Part shown: one piece after another, positions 25,431 to 39,055 of the stretch
Position numbering within the stretch: position 1 is the stretch's first letter
Layout: every line of letters begins with the position of its first letter
Origin: Octopus sinensis
Lineage: Eukaryota
Direction: 5' to 3'
Assembly (NCBI RefSeq): GCF_006345805.1
Contig: NC_043001.1
Coordinates: 69,316,001-69,380,000, forward strand
Length of the DNA: 64,000 bases
Notes under the pieces: generated by a model
What the model saw: only the letters and a program-made list of their open reading frames with translations
What the model was told of the DNA's origin: nothing
Database searches by the model: none
Position numbers and translations under genes: made by a program

Positions 25431-25476
25431 AAATCTGTTACTCTGAGTTTCTCGTTGCCGTTCATCAGACAGTTTT
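25431..25476 (-). ncRNA. Compact type I hammerhead motif, solo copy between microsatellites
   Basis: CTGT-CTGATGA-ACG-GCAA-CGA-GAAAC-TCAGA-GTA-ACAG: complete core, GNRA loop II, A.A mismatch at the base of stem II. Confidence 0.65.
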
Positions 25477-25699
25477 TACACATACATATATATATATATA
25501 TACATATACATACACACGCACACACACATGCATACACACATATACACACACATAGAAGCATATACTCGTATATAAAGCAGAAACTCTTCACAGATATATG
25601 ACTGTTACGTGTGTGAACGCAAATGTGTGCGTGCGTGTCTGTGTGAGTGTATTTAGTGTGTGAGTATATGTGTGCTGTGCTGTGTGTGTGTGCGTGCGT

Positions 25700-25736
<37 letters not shown>

Positions 25737-26899
25737 CACAGCTGATATTAATATAACTTACCATGTATGTTGAATATATGCTTATCGTTCAATATGATAC
25801 TTGTGTTGTCAACTAACTATAAATTATGGTTCCTTCGCACCAGTAGATATCTTTAGCGACAACAGGTAAAAGCCATCATCAATAACGTCAAAGTAAATTT
25901 TTTCAAAAGGTTTATTTTATTATTTCTGTTTTATAATTTTATTCTTATGTTAAGATAAAATATCTTTCTTATATATTGGTCGTTTTAAAATGGTTTAAAT
26001 ATCTGGCCTGCTTTTCATTAAGAAACACACAGAAAATATTTTAAGCAAAAAGAAAAATGAACATTGCAGACCAAAGGAAAATGTATTTATTTACTACAAT
26101 CGCATCTAATGTTACAGTGGAAGCCAGTTGTAAAAATATTTCTATCAGAGATGACCTGCCTTCTATTCTTCTTTGCATGGCATACTTTCTTTAATTATGT
26201 AGCGTTCACAATGTTGTAAGTTGTGTTTTATATGGTCTACAAAGAGACGTGAGCAGTGCTTTCAGTGCAGTGGTTCATAGTTGCGAACATTGCATTCGTA
26301 TTTTCATCTAATCGCATTCCTTTTGTTTTTCGCTTGCTGCTACTGTTTAACTTATGTTAAGTGTTTAACAAGGGGAACAACAGAAAGCGCTAGTGTGCGA
26401 TACAGTATATAGATTCTCTCTTATGAAGTATCAATCCTTCCTTCCTTTCTTCTTTCCTCCATGCCTGAAGACTTACAGTAACTGAGTGCCCTTTGTGATC
26501 ACGTTAACTGAGTGCCTTTTGTGATCACGTTAACTGAGATGTGGTATCTCGGAGCTGTAGTTGAGTCCAGATACAGACTTTGCAGGTTTCATGTTGTGAG
26601 TATACTCCGCCACACATTAGATATTACCGTCTCTTAGGTGAATCCAAATGTTTGGTGATTAAATTCTGAGAGAATGATCAAGGTGCAGTGATCAGTGCTG
26701 GGTTATTTTTCCCTGGAGTCTATTTGTAGACCTTTCTACGTTTGAGAAAACGTACTGCTCCTCTTGAGTCTCCATTGCCTCTCGATCTGTCTGATAGCGA
26801 TATCTCCTGCTATGAGCAACTTCGATTTTTAAAGCCGGTCACTGCAGGTATGGATATGCTGGAAGGTTTTATGCATAAATAAACATGACAGTGGTATAG

Positions 26900-27230
26900 G
26901 GACGCTGGGGCTCATGGTCTCTTGTCCGACTGAACAGGTACAATTGAGGAATATTGCTGCTATCTCTTGTTAGGTAAGGGCCAATAAATTAATACCTCCT
27001 TATCACTCTTCATCTTAGTTTCTGAACAAGAAACCGCTCACTCGTCTCAGAACATTCCACTCAGCTCCAGAGTTTTTGTATCCATTGCACAGATTCTTCC
27101 GAGATAAGACATCCATTGTGCAGACTCTACCGAGATAAAACACACGAATGAATAATAAGATGGTCACCATCAAGTTGGATTTGTTAATTGTTAGCAAGTC
27201 ATAAGAAGACATGCGTATTGTTTGTTAAGC
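26900..27230 (-). pseudogene. Possible highly decayed PLE RT thumb fragment
   Basis: Minus-strand remnants FL*L..IQLDGDHLIIH and LGRICAMDT resemble FLD../LRRICS motifs; weak. Confidence 0.25.
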
Positions 27231-27525
27231 AAGGAGTGAATTCATTTTAAGTTTCCTGGAAGTACACATAAACCTATATTAGTAAGTTTATTCCGACAGT
27301 ATCAACTTCACTTTTAATCCTTTTGGAGTCGAGGAAATAAGTACCAGCCAAGCAGTAGGGTCGATTAACTCCCTTCTCCAAAATTGCAGGCTTTTTTTTT
27401 TGCTTTTAGTAATAAGTATAATATTAGTGAATGCTCATAATTTCTTATTTACACGGTTAGGTTTAGTTAGAAACAATAACTGTTCTGTGTCCATGAAGAT
27501 ATTTTACGTTCTCTTTCAGAGACAG

Positions 27526-27589
<64 letters not shown>

Positions 27590-27803
27590 GTAGCATTGAT
27601 GCAATGGGAGTCAGTACCAATATTTACCTGGTTGGTTTATACGGAGGAGGCGAGAAAATCAACGTGAGTTGGTAAAGGAAAGCAGTTACCTTGGATCTTT
27701 AATGACGAATTACTAATTGCTGGACGAAACATTCGTGTTTTAGGCCATATTCCAACATTCAGTCAAAGTCTTTGACATGATTATATGATCTAGTATGAGA
27801 GAT

Positions 27804-27838
<35 letters not shown>

Positions 27839-28439
27839 CAGACAGACAGACTGAGAGAGAAAGAAAGAAGGTCGGGAAGAAAGAGTGAGAGAAAGAAACA
27901 GAGACAGAGAAAGAAATAGAGAAACAGAGAGAGAAAGAGTCAGGATAGTCGGGCTAAGAGAATGCTTAAAATATGAGCATTCTATACAGAGCGTGTATAG
28001 CAATAAACATAGGGCATAACTTGCAGAAGCAGGACACTTTGGATTTGAAGTTTGCCATTGAGTTTTCTAAGAATAACAAAAGAATAATTTAGAAAATGCA
28101 GAGAGAAACGTGGAAATGGCTGAAAATTCCAGACACGTGTAACATATATTCCACATTACCCTCTAGTATATAGAGTGTAACAAAGTTGTACCATTTCAAT
28201 TCTTCAACATCATCAGTCATCACCATCATTACCATCCTCGTCTTCGGTCTCTTCGTTGTTGTCTTTGACGTGATCATCATCAACATCATGATCATCATTT
28301 AACGTCCGTGTTCCATGTTGGCATGGTTGCTCAGTCTGAGGGGTTCCAGTGCGTCTAAGGATTGTATCGGACACCATCGTCTGCTTTGGCATGACTTATA
28401 TGGCTGGATGCCCTTCCGGGTGAGGAGACTCTGGTCTTG

Positions 28440-28990
28440 TGCTGCTATGGTGTACTTTCTGTTTCGATTTTCAACCTAACATTCTCCAGTAACTCATGAG
28501 TTCTTTATTATCTACATCAGTTTTCCCAGCTCGTTTGGGGTATTGTTCATGCAATGCCCCAATAGTTTTTCTTTCCTCCGTCTTGATTTTCCTTCGATCT
28601 GTCCTGTTTCGTTTTAGTTTTACACTTATCATTATCATAATCAGGCAGGTTAAGCTCTCGTCTGTATTTATATGCCTCCTTTGAGGTTGAGTGCCGTTTC
28701 TTAATCTGTTCAAGCTGCCTTACTAGCTGTATCATCCAGTCGGTGTTACACTGGATGTACACTTGAGGTCCTATCGTGGTCCTTTCGTGGGAGATAGAGA
28801 CGGTGGACGTCGGATTTTGGGTGGTACATCCTGTTAAGTGCCAGCACTTTTCTGGTCTTTATATCCATACGCTGGAGTTCACTCAGATTCCAACTAATGA
28901 CATTCAGGCTATAATAGACAACTGATTCCACCTGTGAGTTTATAGCTGCAATATTATTCTAAAGGTTCAGCTAAGTATTCAGGATCTTTC
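28440..28990 (-). pseudogene. R4/Dong-like non-LTR retrotransposon fragment (RT thumb region)
   Basis: WNLSELQRMDIKTRKVLALNRMYHPKSDVHRLYLPRK and LHEQYPKR..DVD. Confidence 0.75.
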
Positions 28991-29080
28991 TGAAGCGTCT
29001 ATAATACTCCTTTATGATAATTATGTTGTTATTATTGTTGTTGTTGTTGTTGTTATTGCTCTTGTTGTTATTATTATTAC

Positions 29081-29119
<39 letters not shown>

Positions 29120-29379
29120 CAGCACGACCACCACGACCACCACCACCATCATCATCATCATAAGCATCATCATCATTATGATTATTGTTATTATTAATAT
29201 TAATATTATTAATTTTTTATGTTTGACGTTTGCTTTGCATTTCCACAAGTTGACTCCAAGTCTCACCCAGAGACCTCAAGAGGCAAGAGGTTCATGTTGA
29301 TGTTATGACTTGGGTGCCATATATTTGATTCTGTACATAGTATTGTTCTAGAGAATGTTTATGAAACCATAAGAAAATT

Positions 29380-30480
29380 ACGAGTTTGTTTTAAAATTTA
29401 AGATTACATAGTATTATATGCAGGATATGGTCAGTTCCAATTAGCACTATCTTTTGAATTTCTTCCATTTTGGGGTTTCCTGTTATCTGAGCTAGGTAGC
29501 AATCAACCCCTTTTGCTAAAACAATACCTGTTGTCATAAGTGCCCTAGAAATGATTCCTAGGGCACCTATGCCAACGGGTATTGTTTTAATTTCAGGTTC
29601 CATATTTTGCTAATTTTTATTTCAAGATCTTTATAATTGCTCAGTTTTTTGTAGGTTTTGACAGATACATTTATATCGATTGGGACACTCATATCAATGA
29701 GGAGGCATTCAGGTTCCACATTTTGTTAATTTCTCAGTTTTTGGTAGATCTTGACAGATACATTTATGTCAGTTTGAGCGGTGAAGTTTCAGAGGAGTAA
29801 TATGTGATCATTTTCAAGGACTGTAGGTGGTTTGTGTTCCCACCAGTTTTTATCATGGGGCTGGTCAAGTTTTTGCAAATTACTTAGTAAATGTATTGTG
29901 CTACACTATCATCCCTGTTGAGATACTTTGTAGGTGCAAGAAGATTGCACCTTGGAGACAACATGATCAATGGTTTCATTTTGTTATTGACATACACGAC
30001 ATGTTGGGCTACTCCCATTCTTTAATATGTTTGCCTGGTAGTTCCTTGTAGGTAGGCATTGATCTTGGGTTGCTATGATAAACCCTTCTGTTTCTGATTT
30101 TAAGCCAAAAGACACTGATGATTGATGGGTAAGGGTTTTGTCAACATCGGTACGATTATCTCTCTTTGGGCATTTGTTATTGAGAGGTTTTTCTTGCCAT
30201 TTATCAGTAAGAATATCTAGGGCATCAGTTTTAGATCGGATTTTCATACGCTTAGCTTTTTCTGTGCTTGTTTCTAGTACGCCTATATGTGGAATTCACT
30301 TAGATAATCCTTTGCCTGTGTTGTTACTGAGTATGTTGCTTTCTTGCTTTCATGGTTTTGAGACAAGTTTACCATCCAGTCATCAAAGATTTTCAGGGAG
30401 AGCAATCTTCATTGTTAATTCCACGGCCACCCTCTTTTCTTGGCAGGTAACGTAGTTCTGTATCTGCCTTAGGGTGGGGT
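29380..30480 (-). pseudogene. R4/Dong-like fragment (CCHC knuckle and restriction-like endonuclease C-terminus)
   Basis: GLKSETEGFIIATQDQCLPTRNY..CRVCQ*NETIDH; IPVGIGALG..IQKIVLIGTDHIL. Confidence 0.8.
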
Positions 30481-30484
30481 ATTA

Positions 30485-30883
30485 TACTCTTTATACTCTT
30501 TTACTTGTTTCAGTCATTTGACTGCGGCCATGCTGGAGCACCGCCTTTAATCGAGCAACTCGACCTCGGGGCTTATTCTTTTGTAAGCCCAGTACTTATT
30601 CTATCTGTCTCTTTTGCCGATCTGCTAAGTAACGGAGACATAAACACACCAGCATCGGTTGTCAAGCAATGCTAGGGCGACAAATACAGACACACAAACA
30701 CACACATATATATACATACATATATACGACGGGCTTCTTTCAGTTTCCGTCTACCAAATTCACTCACAAGGCTTTGGTCGGCCCGAGGCTATAGTAGAAG
30801 ACACTTGCCCAAGGTGCCACGCAGTGGGACTGAACCCGGAACCACGTGGTTGGTAAACAAGCTACTTACCACACAGCCACTCC
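30485..30883 (-). mobile_element. tRNA-derived SINE family A, near full length
   Basis: Head GGAGTGGCTGTGTGGTAAG..GTTCCGGGTTCAGTCCC, ACCTTGGGCAAGTG motif, and (AAAAGAGT)n-like tail. Confidence 0.8.
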
Positions 30884-31485
30884 AATGCATTCTATGCATT
30901 GTCGACAATTTTCTTTATTTTATTTTTCTGTCAAGATTACATATTTCAGTAATGGACCAGTAAAGGATGGTGGCTGTGGCGAAAGCACTTGTTTGGTGGA
31001 CAAGACTGAAAGGCATCAGGACAGATTCATTCCTCTTTGGTAGAGCTCGCATGGACTTCTTCAAGTTTCACTTGAAAAAGAAATTGAGAGTGGATAGGGA
31101 AGTGCTGTCCTCGACTCAGTTTATTGAAAGGTGGGTGAAATTTGCGAAAATGACAAAAGTGGATGGTAACTGTCTTAGTGCAGCCCTGTGAGTTTGGAGA
31201 GAAGAAAGTGGATAGGGCACTTGTCCTGGTGTTTCGGGAAATGTCGGACAGTAGGGTTCCTCGATTATCCCTAGAAGCTTTCCTGTATCAGGAGGGCTAC
31301 ATCTCTGTCAACCTCTCTGCCCCATCTTTTTTTAAACTGTGCATGCTAAGCATATGTCCCTTTTATTCAGCGTATACCATGTGTACTTTCTTTTTCATTA
31401 TCATTTCATTACATGTAAACTCCCACACTTTATGCCTGTCTTTGTATTGCCCCCACTGATCTTTTGCGCTTGCAGCAAATAAATT

Positions 31486-31531
<46 letters not shown>

Positions 31532-31532
31532 T

Positions 31533-31595
<63 letters not shown>

Positions 31596-31614
31596 CTCTT
31601 CCTCCTCATCATCG

Positions 31615-31672
<58 letters not shown>

Positions 31673-32018
31673 CATCATTATTTACTTTTAATCTGCATAT
31701 TTGTTACAATCACCCAGCGTCCAAGGGCGAGTGAAAGATATGTTCGTTTCTCTTACCTATCCTCTCTGTTGTATTCATTGATAACCTACTTTGATAGCAT
31801 TTAACGGAGCTGTTGTGTGGGGGGTATCCTACAGTACGGCTATGCCAATCTCGTCTATTTTAGGAGCAAAAGAAAAATAACTGAAACAATCTTCGTATCA
31901 AGAAAGTACCATCTCACAATAGATTCCTAGATATGCTCAGGATTCGGATAGAGTCTTTACAATTGCTTCAATCACCAGGCTTCTACGAGTGAAAGCTCAG
32001 TCCAACCACATACCAACA

Positions 32019-32251
32019 AAGGCGGCGAGCTGGCAGATTCGTTAGCACGCCGGGCGAAATGCTTAGCGGTATTTCATCTGCCGTTACGTTCTGAGTTCAA
32101 ATTCCACCGAGGTCGACTTTGCCTTTCATCCTTTCGGGGTCGATTAAATAAGTACCAGTTACGCACTGGGGTCTATGTAATCGACTTAATCCGTTTGTCT
32201 GTCCTTGTTTGTCCCTTCTGTGTTTAGCCCCTTGTGGGTAGTAAAGAAATA
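32019..32251 (+). mobile_element. SINE family B, near full length
   Basis: AAGGCGGCGAGCTGGCAGA..GAGTTCAAATTCC..GCCTTTCATCCTTTCGGGGTCGATTAAATAAGTACCAG. Diverged copies lie near 15405-15620, 27300-27390, 48070-48600, 50575-50750 and 51255-51440. Confidence 0.75.
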
Positions 32252-33839
32252 TAAGAATAACATACCAACAGATTTTGACGTTCTACATGGTTCATCTGAG
32301 AAACAGAGTATTGCTCTGACATCTGGAATTACATACTCACTTACATGACTAATACACTTAATGCTAAAACAATATATAAATATATTCATAGTTCTTATAT
32401 ATCATATGACGGAGGAGAATTGGCAAAATCAAAAATACTTTGTAGCATTTCATTCGGACATTAACATGCATAGTTCAAATTCCGTCGATGCCAATTTTGC
32501 TTTTAATCTATAAGTCGCCTCTCCTCAAAATTGTTGGCCTTGAAACCTGCTCTGGACGGGTATCCTGTTCACAGGGTGTGATGGACTTTCGATCACTTAT
32601 ACACCATGGTAAAAAAAAATAACATACCTAATGAACGTCAAGACGCAAGAAAAATAATAAATAAATGTACTGTATAGGATAAAAGGGTTGTTAACATAAG
32701 TGTTGATATGTATGGGACATAGCGACTTAGCTAGTGGGCGTGGAGTCAATTTTCAGGTCAATGTATACATTAGTTGAAACGTAACAAAGTAGCAGCGTCA
32801 CATGTAATATAATTACTGATAATGGGAATTTTCATTGTATTTTCAATAAAATAAGAACCATCATGTAGATACAACACAATTTCGGCTCGAAAAGTGGAGC
32901 ACAAATTGGAAGACGACGTATAACCGAAGGAATATGGAGCGTATAACGGCCGAAACGTGGATAATATATCAATTCTAATGCCAGCTGTAGAATGAATATA
33001 TCTTTATATAATGATAATGTAAGAAATTTTTCAGTGTATAGGTATAGAGAGATACAGTAACACCCAAAGTCTAATAGATACATACATACATGCATTACAT
33101 AAATCCATACTTACAAATAAATATATAAGTATGTGTGTGTGTGTGTCTTTATGTCTGTGTGTATGTGTGCGTGCGTGGTACGTGGCTGCTTATAAATCTG
33201 TGTTGTGTGTGTATGTGTGCGTATGTGCATGTGTGTGTGATTGCACATGTATCTACCCTTGTTTATATATATGGTTGTGCGTATGTGCTAGTGTGTATGT
33301 AGGTATGTAATTATCCATATGAACGTTAACTTTTACATAAGGAGATAATTGACGTTACAGAACATATTCGAGTATATTATTCATTGTTCTAACGAGTGTA
33401 TAAATTGGCTCAAACTCAAATTTATGTAGCATCACTTATATATAATCTGGTAGCTTAAAAGCTGTACTCCGTGCAAACCTGGTAAGGGCTAATTGGGCCT
33501 GCGGCCCAAAACTGTAGAGAGGTAAATATAATACTTCCACGACTATATACCCCGGTGGTGTTTGATCTATTGTTCCGGTCCCAAGTTGTAATCCAATCTT
33601 TTACCAATTTGTCCCCAAGTTCTTATCTCGATGTAAAATTAACGAAAGAAATGTCATTTATCCTCCCCTTGACCTCTGATGTCATCTGACAAAAGCCAAC
33701 CAAAATGGCTGCTGGAATTAGCAACCCAAATGCTTTTAAATCAGATCCCAATGCTAGCTGTTCAAGAACCAAACGAAGGGTAGATTTGGTATCATCTCGG
33801 TTTGAACGGCAGTTTTTAAAAATAATTTCCTCGTAACTA

Positions 33840-34235
33840 AACACATCTAAACTTCGTATACTGGTAGAATGTGTTTATAAAATATATTTTTCTCTTGGCT
33901 TTATTGAGAAAATTCTATAGTTTGTAAGATATTTGTTGTTTTTTTCTTCAATTTCTGCAATTTCAACCAATCAATGACGTTTATTGAGGTGAAAACATTC
34001 TGTACCGTATGAATATGTTCCTCGGTTAAGAAACAGATTGGGTTTATTTACATTTCTGAAGAAAAAAAGATACCCTTCTCCCCACCCCTAACCCCAACCC
34101 TAGCCCTAACTAGCCCTAACTAACCCTAACCTTAAAACACATTGAAATGTAATAGATCGATTCTAGGGTCATAACTATGGGTGACAATTTCATATGACAA
34201 TGCTAGAAAAACTGCCGTTCAAGCCGAAAAGATCC
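33840..34235. repeat. Interspersed repeat containing degenerate (CCCTAA)n telomere-like units (approximate limits)
   Basis: CCCCTAACCCCAACCCTAGCCCTAACTAGCCCTAACTAACCCTAACC at ~34086-34131. Confidence 0.5.
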
Positions 34236-34291
34236 TAGATTTTCATTCCTGGGATCATCCTGATTCCAACAAGTTATATGTCAATGTAGAG

Positions 34292-34745
34292 CAGAGGTGG
34301 GGAAAACCCCACCCTCGAGCCCATTTTATTGTGCCTGCAGGCTGGTATATTCATATGTACAAAATATAGTGAATTTTTCAATTATAAAATTTATGCAATA
34401 TTCGCATCGGTCGCGTTTCCACTACGATTTAAAACGGTTAGACTCGAATAGAATATTGTCCTGTAATTGCCATTTGAACGGAAAGTTTGTTTTCACCGTA
34501 AAACACGTATTGCTAGGGATGTACCACCCCCTTGTGACCCAACTTACATATATATAAGTAATATAAACGTCCTAAATTCAGTGACGTTTTAAAGAAGATG
34601 TTACACGTTAATATAATGCCTTAAACTCATCTTTATTAATGTATATCGAAGTATACATATATACAAGATTTATACAGATATAAAAGTTAGAAGCTTTTTC
34701 TTTCGGCATTTTTGGCTGCCGCACTAAAAAGTTTCCCCACCCCTG
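34292..34745. mobile_element. hAT-type (Charlie/Buster-like) MITE
   Basis: TIRs CAGAGGTGGGGAAA and TTTCCCCACCCCTG; perfect 8-bp TSD ATGTAGAG at 34284-34291 and 34746-34753. Confidence 0.85.
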
Positions 34746-34880
34746 ATGTAGAGCAAATGTAGACTGAGATACTGAGGTCCCAAACGGACAGACAAAATTT
34801 CGCTTTTATTATTATAGATGACAATCTACATGTAACTGACGAACGCATATAATACCACCTACACCCCACCCATGCATATA

Positions 34881-34933
<53 letters not shown>

Positions 34934-35041
34934 GATGACGACAAACGAATAAGACCTCGATATTAGGTAAATAGAGGAATTTATATATGACAGCTTACTG
35001 ATTGTCCTAAACTATACATACATATATACATACACACACAC

Positions 35042-35102
<61 letters not shown>

Positions 35103-35466
35103 GAAAGAGAGAGAGAGTTTTTTACCTGTATATTAAGTGCGTCTATGTGTGTGTCTGAATGGTCCTGCAAATGTCTGTCTGAGTCGTCTTTGGCCGTATA
35201 TATACGTGCATATAATGTAATACAAAAAAAAAAGAAGAAACCGCATGAAAGAAACAAAGGGAAAAGTTTCACACGTTTGCCATGACCAATTTTCACAAGT
35301 TACATTGTTCTTTATTTGTTTCAATATTTTCTAGCGTTTCTTTATTCGGCAGAAATGTTTTTCAAATATATTTAATTATTCATTTCCTAATTATATTTAA
35401 TTTCAATTTCTCATTAACCTTCATTAATAATTTTTCGTAATACTTTTCGAATCGATTTCGAAAAAC

Positions 35467-35519
<53 letters not shown>

Positions 35520-35545
35520 TAATAATAATAATAATAATAATAATG

Positions 35546-35585
<40 letters not shown>

Positions 35586-35828
35586 TAATAATAATAATAA
35601 TAATAAATAAATAAATAAATAAAATAACAATATCTAATAATGTGAGAACGAATCATTATATCTTGTGATTCAGTTTGTGTCGCCTGTTGTAGGTTGTCAA
35701 CACTGATCTAAAACTTTCGTTAGTCTTCATAGAAATATAACAGAACAAATCATATGAAGATATAAGTACAAAGACATTGCAATGCGCAGGCTCACTCTCG
35801 CGCACATAAACCTCAGTATATACATATA

Positions 35829-36989
35829 CAGGGTGCGTAAGGTATTTGAGGACATACCACTTTGGGTTAATGCTGCATTTTTTGCTCTCTATAATCTTTG
35901 TTTCAGAAAATAATAATGGGAGACTCTCAGCTTACTCAAGAAATGAAGAGGTATGTTTTAATTGTTGTTACAAAGGCTGAGCATAGCGATTTAGAAATAT
36001 TTCGATTTTTAAAAGTGACCAGACCTTTCATCTAGAAGGTTTGTAAGGAACTAAAAACTGATGATGGAAACATATCACAAGTATCAAAGCATAAAAAGCA
36101 TTCTAAACGCTCTGAAAACAACAGAACCTTTGAATTTATCCAGAAAGTTCAACAGACCATTGATCACAATCCCAGAAATTCCATGAGGTCTACTGCAAAA
36201 GAGCTCCATGTGTCAGAAGGTGCAGTCTGATATGTTTTCCACGAAGACATCTTATATGATGAGGAAAGCTCAATTTGACAGGAAAAGCAAAATAAAATCA
36301 ACACAGCAGATCTTAAAAGATTTTAAACAAACTGAAAAATCTAGTAAATTTCGACTAAGATCAAAAAGTTAATGGAAGAAATGACAGATGGTTATGTACA
36401 GACCCTTCTGAAGTTCCATGTTATCCATACAAAATTTCCTGCAGCAATGAAGGGCACGTGGTGCATCTTTCTTTCCACAAACCTTAGAGTTAACTACATT
36501 GCGGCCTTGCAAATAATTGTTAAGCCTTGGATAAACAGTGCATACAATGGAAGGTTATATATGTTTTCAGTAAGACTCTACACTATCACACATGGCTCTA
36601 GTAACAAAGGAATGGATGGCTAAAATTTTTCACGATCGCATAACTCCTAACATTTGGCCTCCTAATTCCCCAGATCTCAATCCAATGGACCATTACATGT
36701 GGAGCGTTGCTGAGAGAGAGCGGTCAATGAACGTGCCCATAACACTAAATGTTCTTTGAAAGCTGCCATAGTCAGAGTAATGTCCAAAATGAACCAGGAC
36801 CATTTTGATTCGAGCATGTAGATGATTTAGAGCTCGTACAGAAGCAGTTGTTGAAGCTGAACGTGGCTTTATTGAATAACATTATAGAAAAGAAGGTTTA
36901 TTTTTATCCTCATAACATTTTTTAATAGAGTTATTATCTGTTATTGTATATTTGAACTTTTCTATAAACATAAATCTGCCCGCACACTG
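35829..36989 (+). mobile_element. Decayed Tc1/mariner element of maT (DD37D-like) type; transposase pseudogene ~35916-36879
   Basis: IDHNPRNSMRSTAKELHVSEG..; WPPNSPDLNPMDHYMWS..AVVEAERGFIE*. Imperfect ends CAGGGTGCG / CGCACACTG in TA context. Confidence 0.75.
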
Positions 36990-37827
36990 TGTATATATAT
37001 ATATATACTAGCAGCTAAAGCATGTTTCACACGGTCGGTTTGGATGATGTGGCTGTAAAACGTGCTCTGTGTAAGCATTGAACATGTTTGGGCACGCTTA
37101 CACTAAAAAACAATTTTAGAATGACTTTTTCCTGTCAAAACGCTAGAAATAAGTGACCAACAAAAACCCAACTAGGATTCAACCAAATCAAAAAATAAAC
37201 CCAAATGCTAAGCGAACAAAGATGAACCATCTCACTGCCAATGCACGCGCACACGCACACACACAAGCACACAAGCATACAAACACATACACACGCACAA
37301 GCACACACACACGTTCACATATCCTTTTTACATACAGGCACATATACTCAGAGAGTTGAAACGCTGTTTGATTTATTTTTTAGCGTACAATTTTCATCAT
37401 CTCACTACCAAGTATGACATCGCTCCTTCCTTCCTTATTCATCTATCACCCCTTCCTTTCTCATTCATAAACACAAAAGTATTATTATAGTAGATTATCT
37501 CGGTAACCATGGGCGCTATGAAAAAATACGAAGCTAAGCAACACCATCGGATCATTCTACACATCTGTATATTTTTTCGTGCAATTCCACCTAGCCGTTT
37601 GACTGTGAATCCCAAGACAAGAAAGAATCGCCAATGTCAAATTTATATGTATATAGATATATGTATGTATATATGTATGTATATATACGGCAGGGTTATG
37701 GAAAGTCTTGACCCTCAAAAAACAAAACATGGTACATGACTTTTGATGAAGGTACAAGACTTCAAGTCTCATAGAGCTTGAAGGGTCAAAGCTTTTCACA
37801 CACCCCTCGTGTATATATATATATATT

Positions 37828-37898
<71 letters not shown>

Positions 37899-38060
37899 CT
37901 TGGGTTGTCCGGAAAGTTCATGCCGATTTTTACAGGAAAGGAAAAGGTCAATATATACTTGCCATTACATTTTTAATCAATCAAATATGAACCATTTTGT
38001 TACACAATGCGTCTCCATCTTTCCTTTAACTTTAAAATACCATTTTCCCAGAATTTTTTA
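37899..38060 (-). mobile_element. Mariner 3' end fragment with one TIR-like end
   Basis: Minus strand KFWENGILKLKERWRRIV*QNGSY; TIR-like TTGGGTTGTCCGGAAAGTTC. Confidence 0.65.
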
Positions 38061-39055
38061 AACTCAAAATGAAGATTCACCGGTACATACATATTATACA
38101 TAAAAACATACATACATACATACTTACATGAAGCGACATGTCACGTATTTGGCGTGGGAGATTATTTATCGAAGATACGATGAATACTAGCTCCGACTTT
38201 GGAACCACAACTATCAGCCTTGTTAAATCACTGGTTTATCTTCAGATGAATTAATTGAGGGAGTCTTCTTTTCACGATCGTAGTGATTTTTTATTGAAAC
38301 TTGAATATATATGTATATATATATATATAAATATATATATATATAATATATATATATGCATGAGAAACATAATATGCAGGAAATGGAATAGTTACTAATG
38401 TATAATATGTATGGTCAGACAAAAGACAATAGTAAACATTTCCTAATGCAGATATATACAATATTTATTTTTCTTTATAGTCACTTCTTTCTTGTTCTTT
38501 CTGTACGAATTTTCATTTACTATCTATATTTTTCTATATGTGTACCTTTCCATCTTGTCCCTTTGCTTTCTCTCTATCTGCCTTCCCCTCGTGCTAATAT
38601 TTCATCTCTATCTACTTAACTGCCCGTATGTCCCTGCCGCCCTTCCACTCTTCACACTGATTTCTCTCAATTCACTAGTACCTTTCCTCTCTCACACCTT
38701 CCACAAATCACCATATGACCTTCATCTTAATCTATGCACCCAACCTTTTTGTATTCATCGCTTTCGCGGTCAGATGTTCTTTTAGCAGTTTTCGCGGCCA
38801 GGAGTTCTTTTAGCAGCTCGTATTTGTTCTATTTAACCCATTGTTTATTTAACTTCCTCTCATGTGGTTTTTCTCTTTCTAAAAAGAGAATAAAAATAAA
38901 AATTTAAATAATTTTTTTTTTTACTTCTTTAAAGCATTACTTTATATCTCTTTACTTATCTATGCATTTTCTATCTTCCATTGATCCTTCCTTACATTTG
39001 TCATTAACCACTCTATCTTTTGAAATTTTCTAAGCTCAAAGAGGAAATTTACCTG

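Noticed and set aside
26479-26538. 26-bp unit repeated about 2.3 times, containing palindromes GTGATCAC and GTTAAC
   Set aside because: A small slippage duplication; no evidence of function.
32268-32320. GAAAC-AGA-GTA with upstream TTGACGT; similar partial motifs at ~42825-42850, ~49665-49705 and ~63131-63165
   Set aside because: Core or stems too degenerate to call from a single copy.
36058-36080. CTGATGA-TG-GAAAC
   Set aside because: No room for stem II, no stem I, and it lies inside transposase coding sequence; chance match.
37007-37420. Possible Helitron 3' end (CTAG-type) on the minus strand
   Set aside because: Only the terminal word is suggestive; I could not confirm a subterminal hairpin or matching 5' end.
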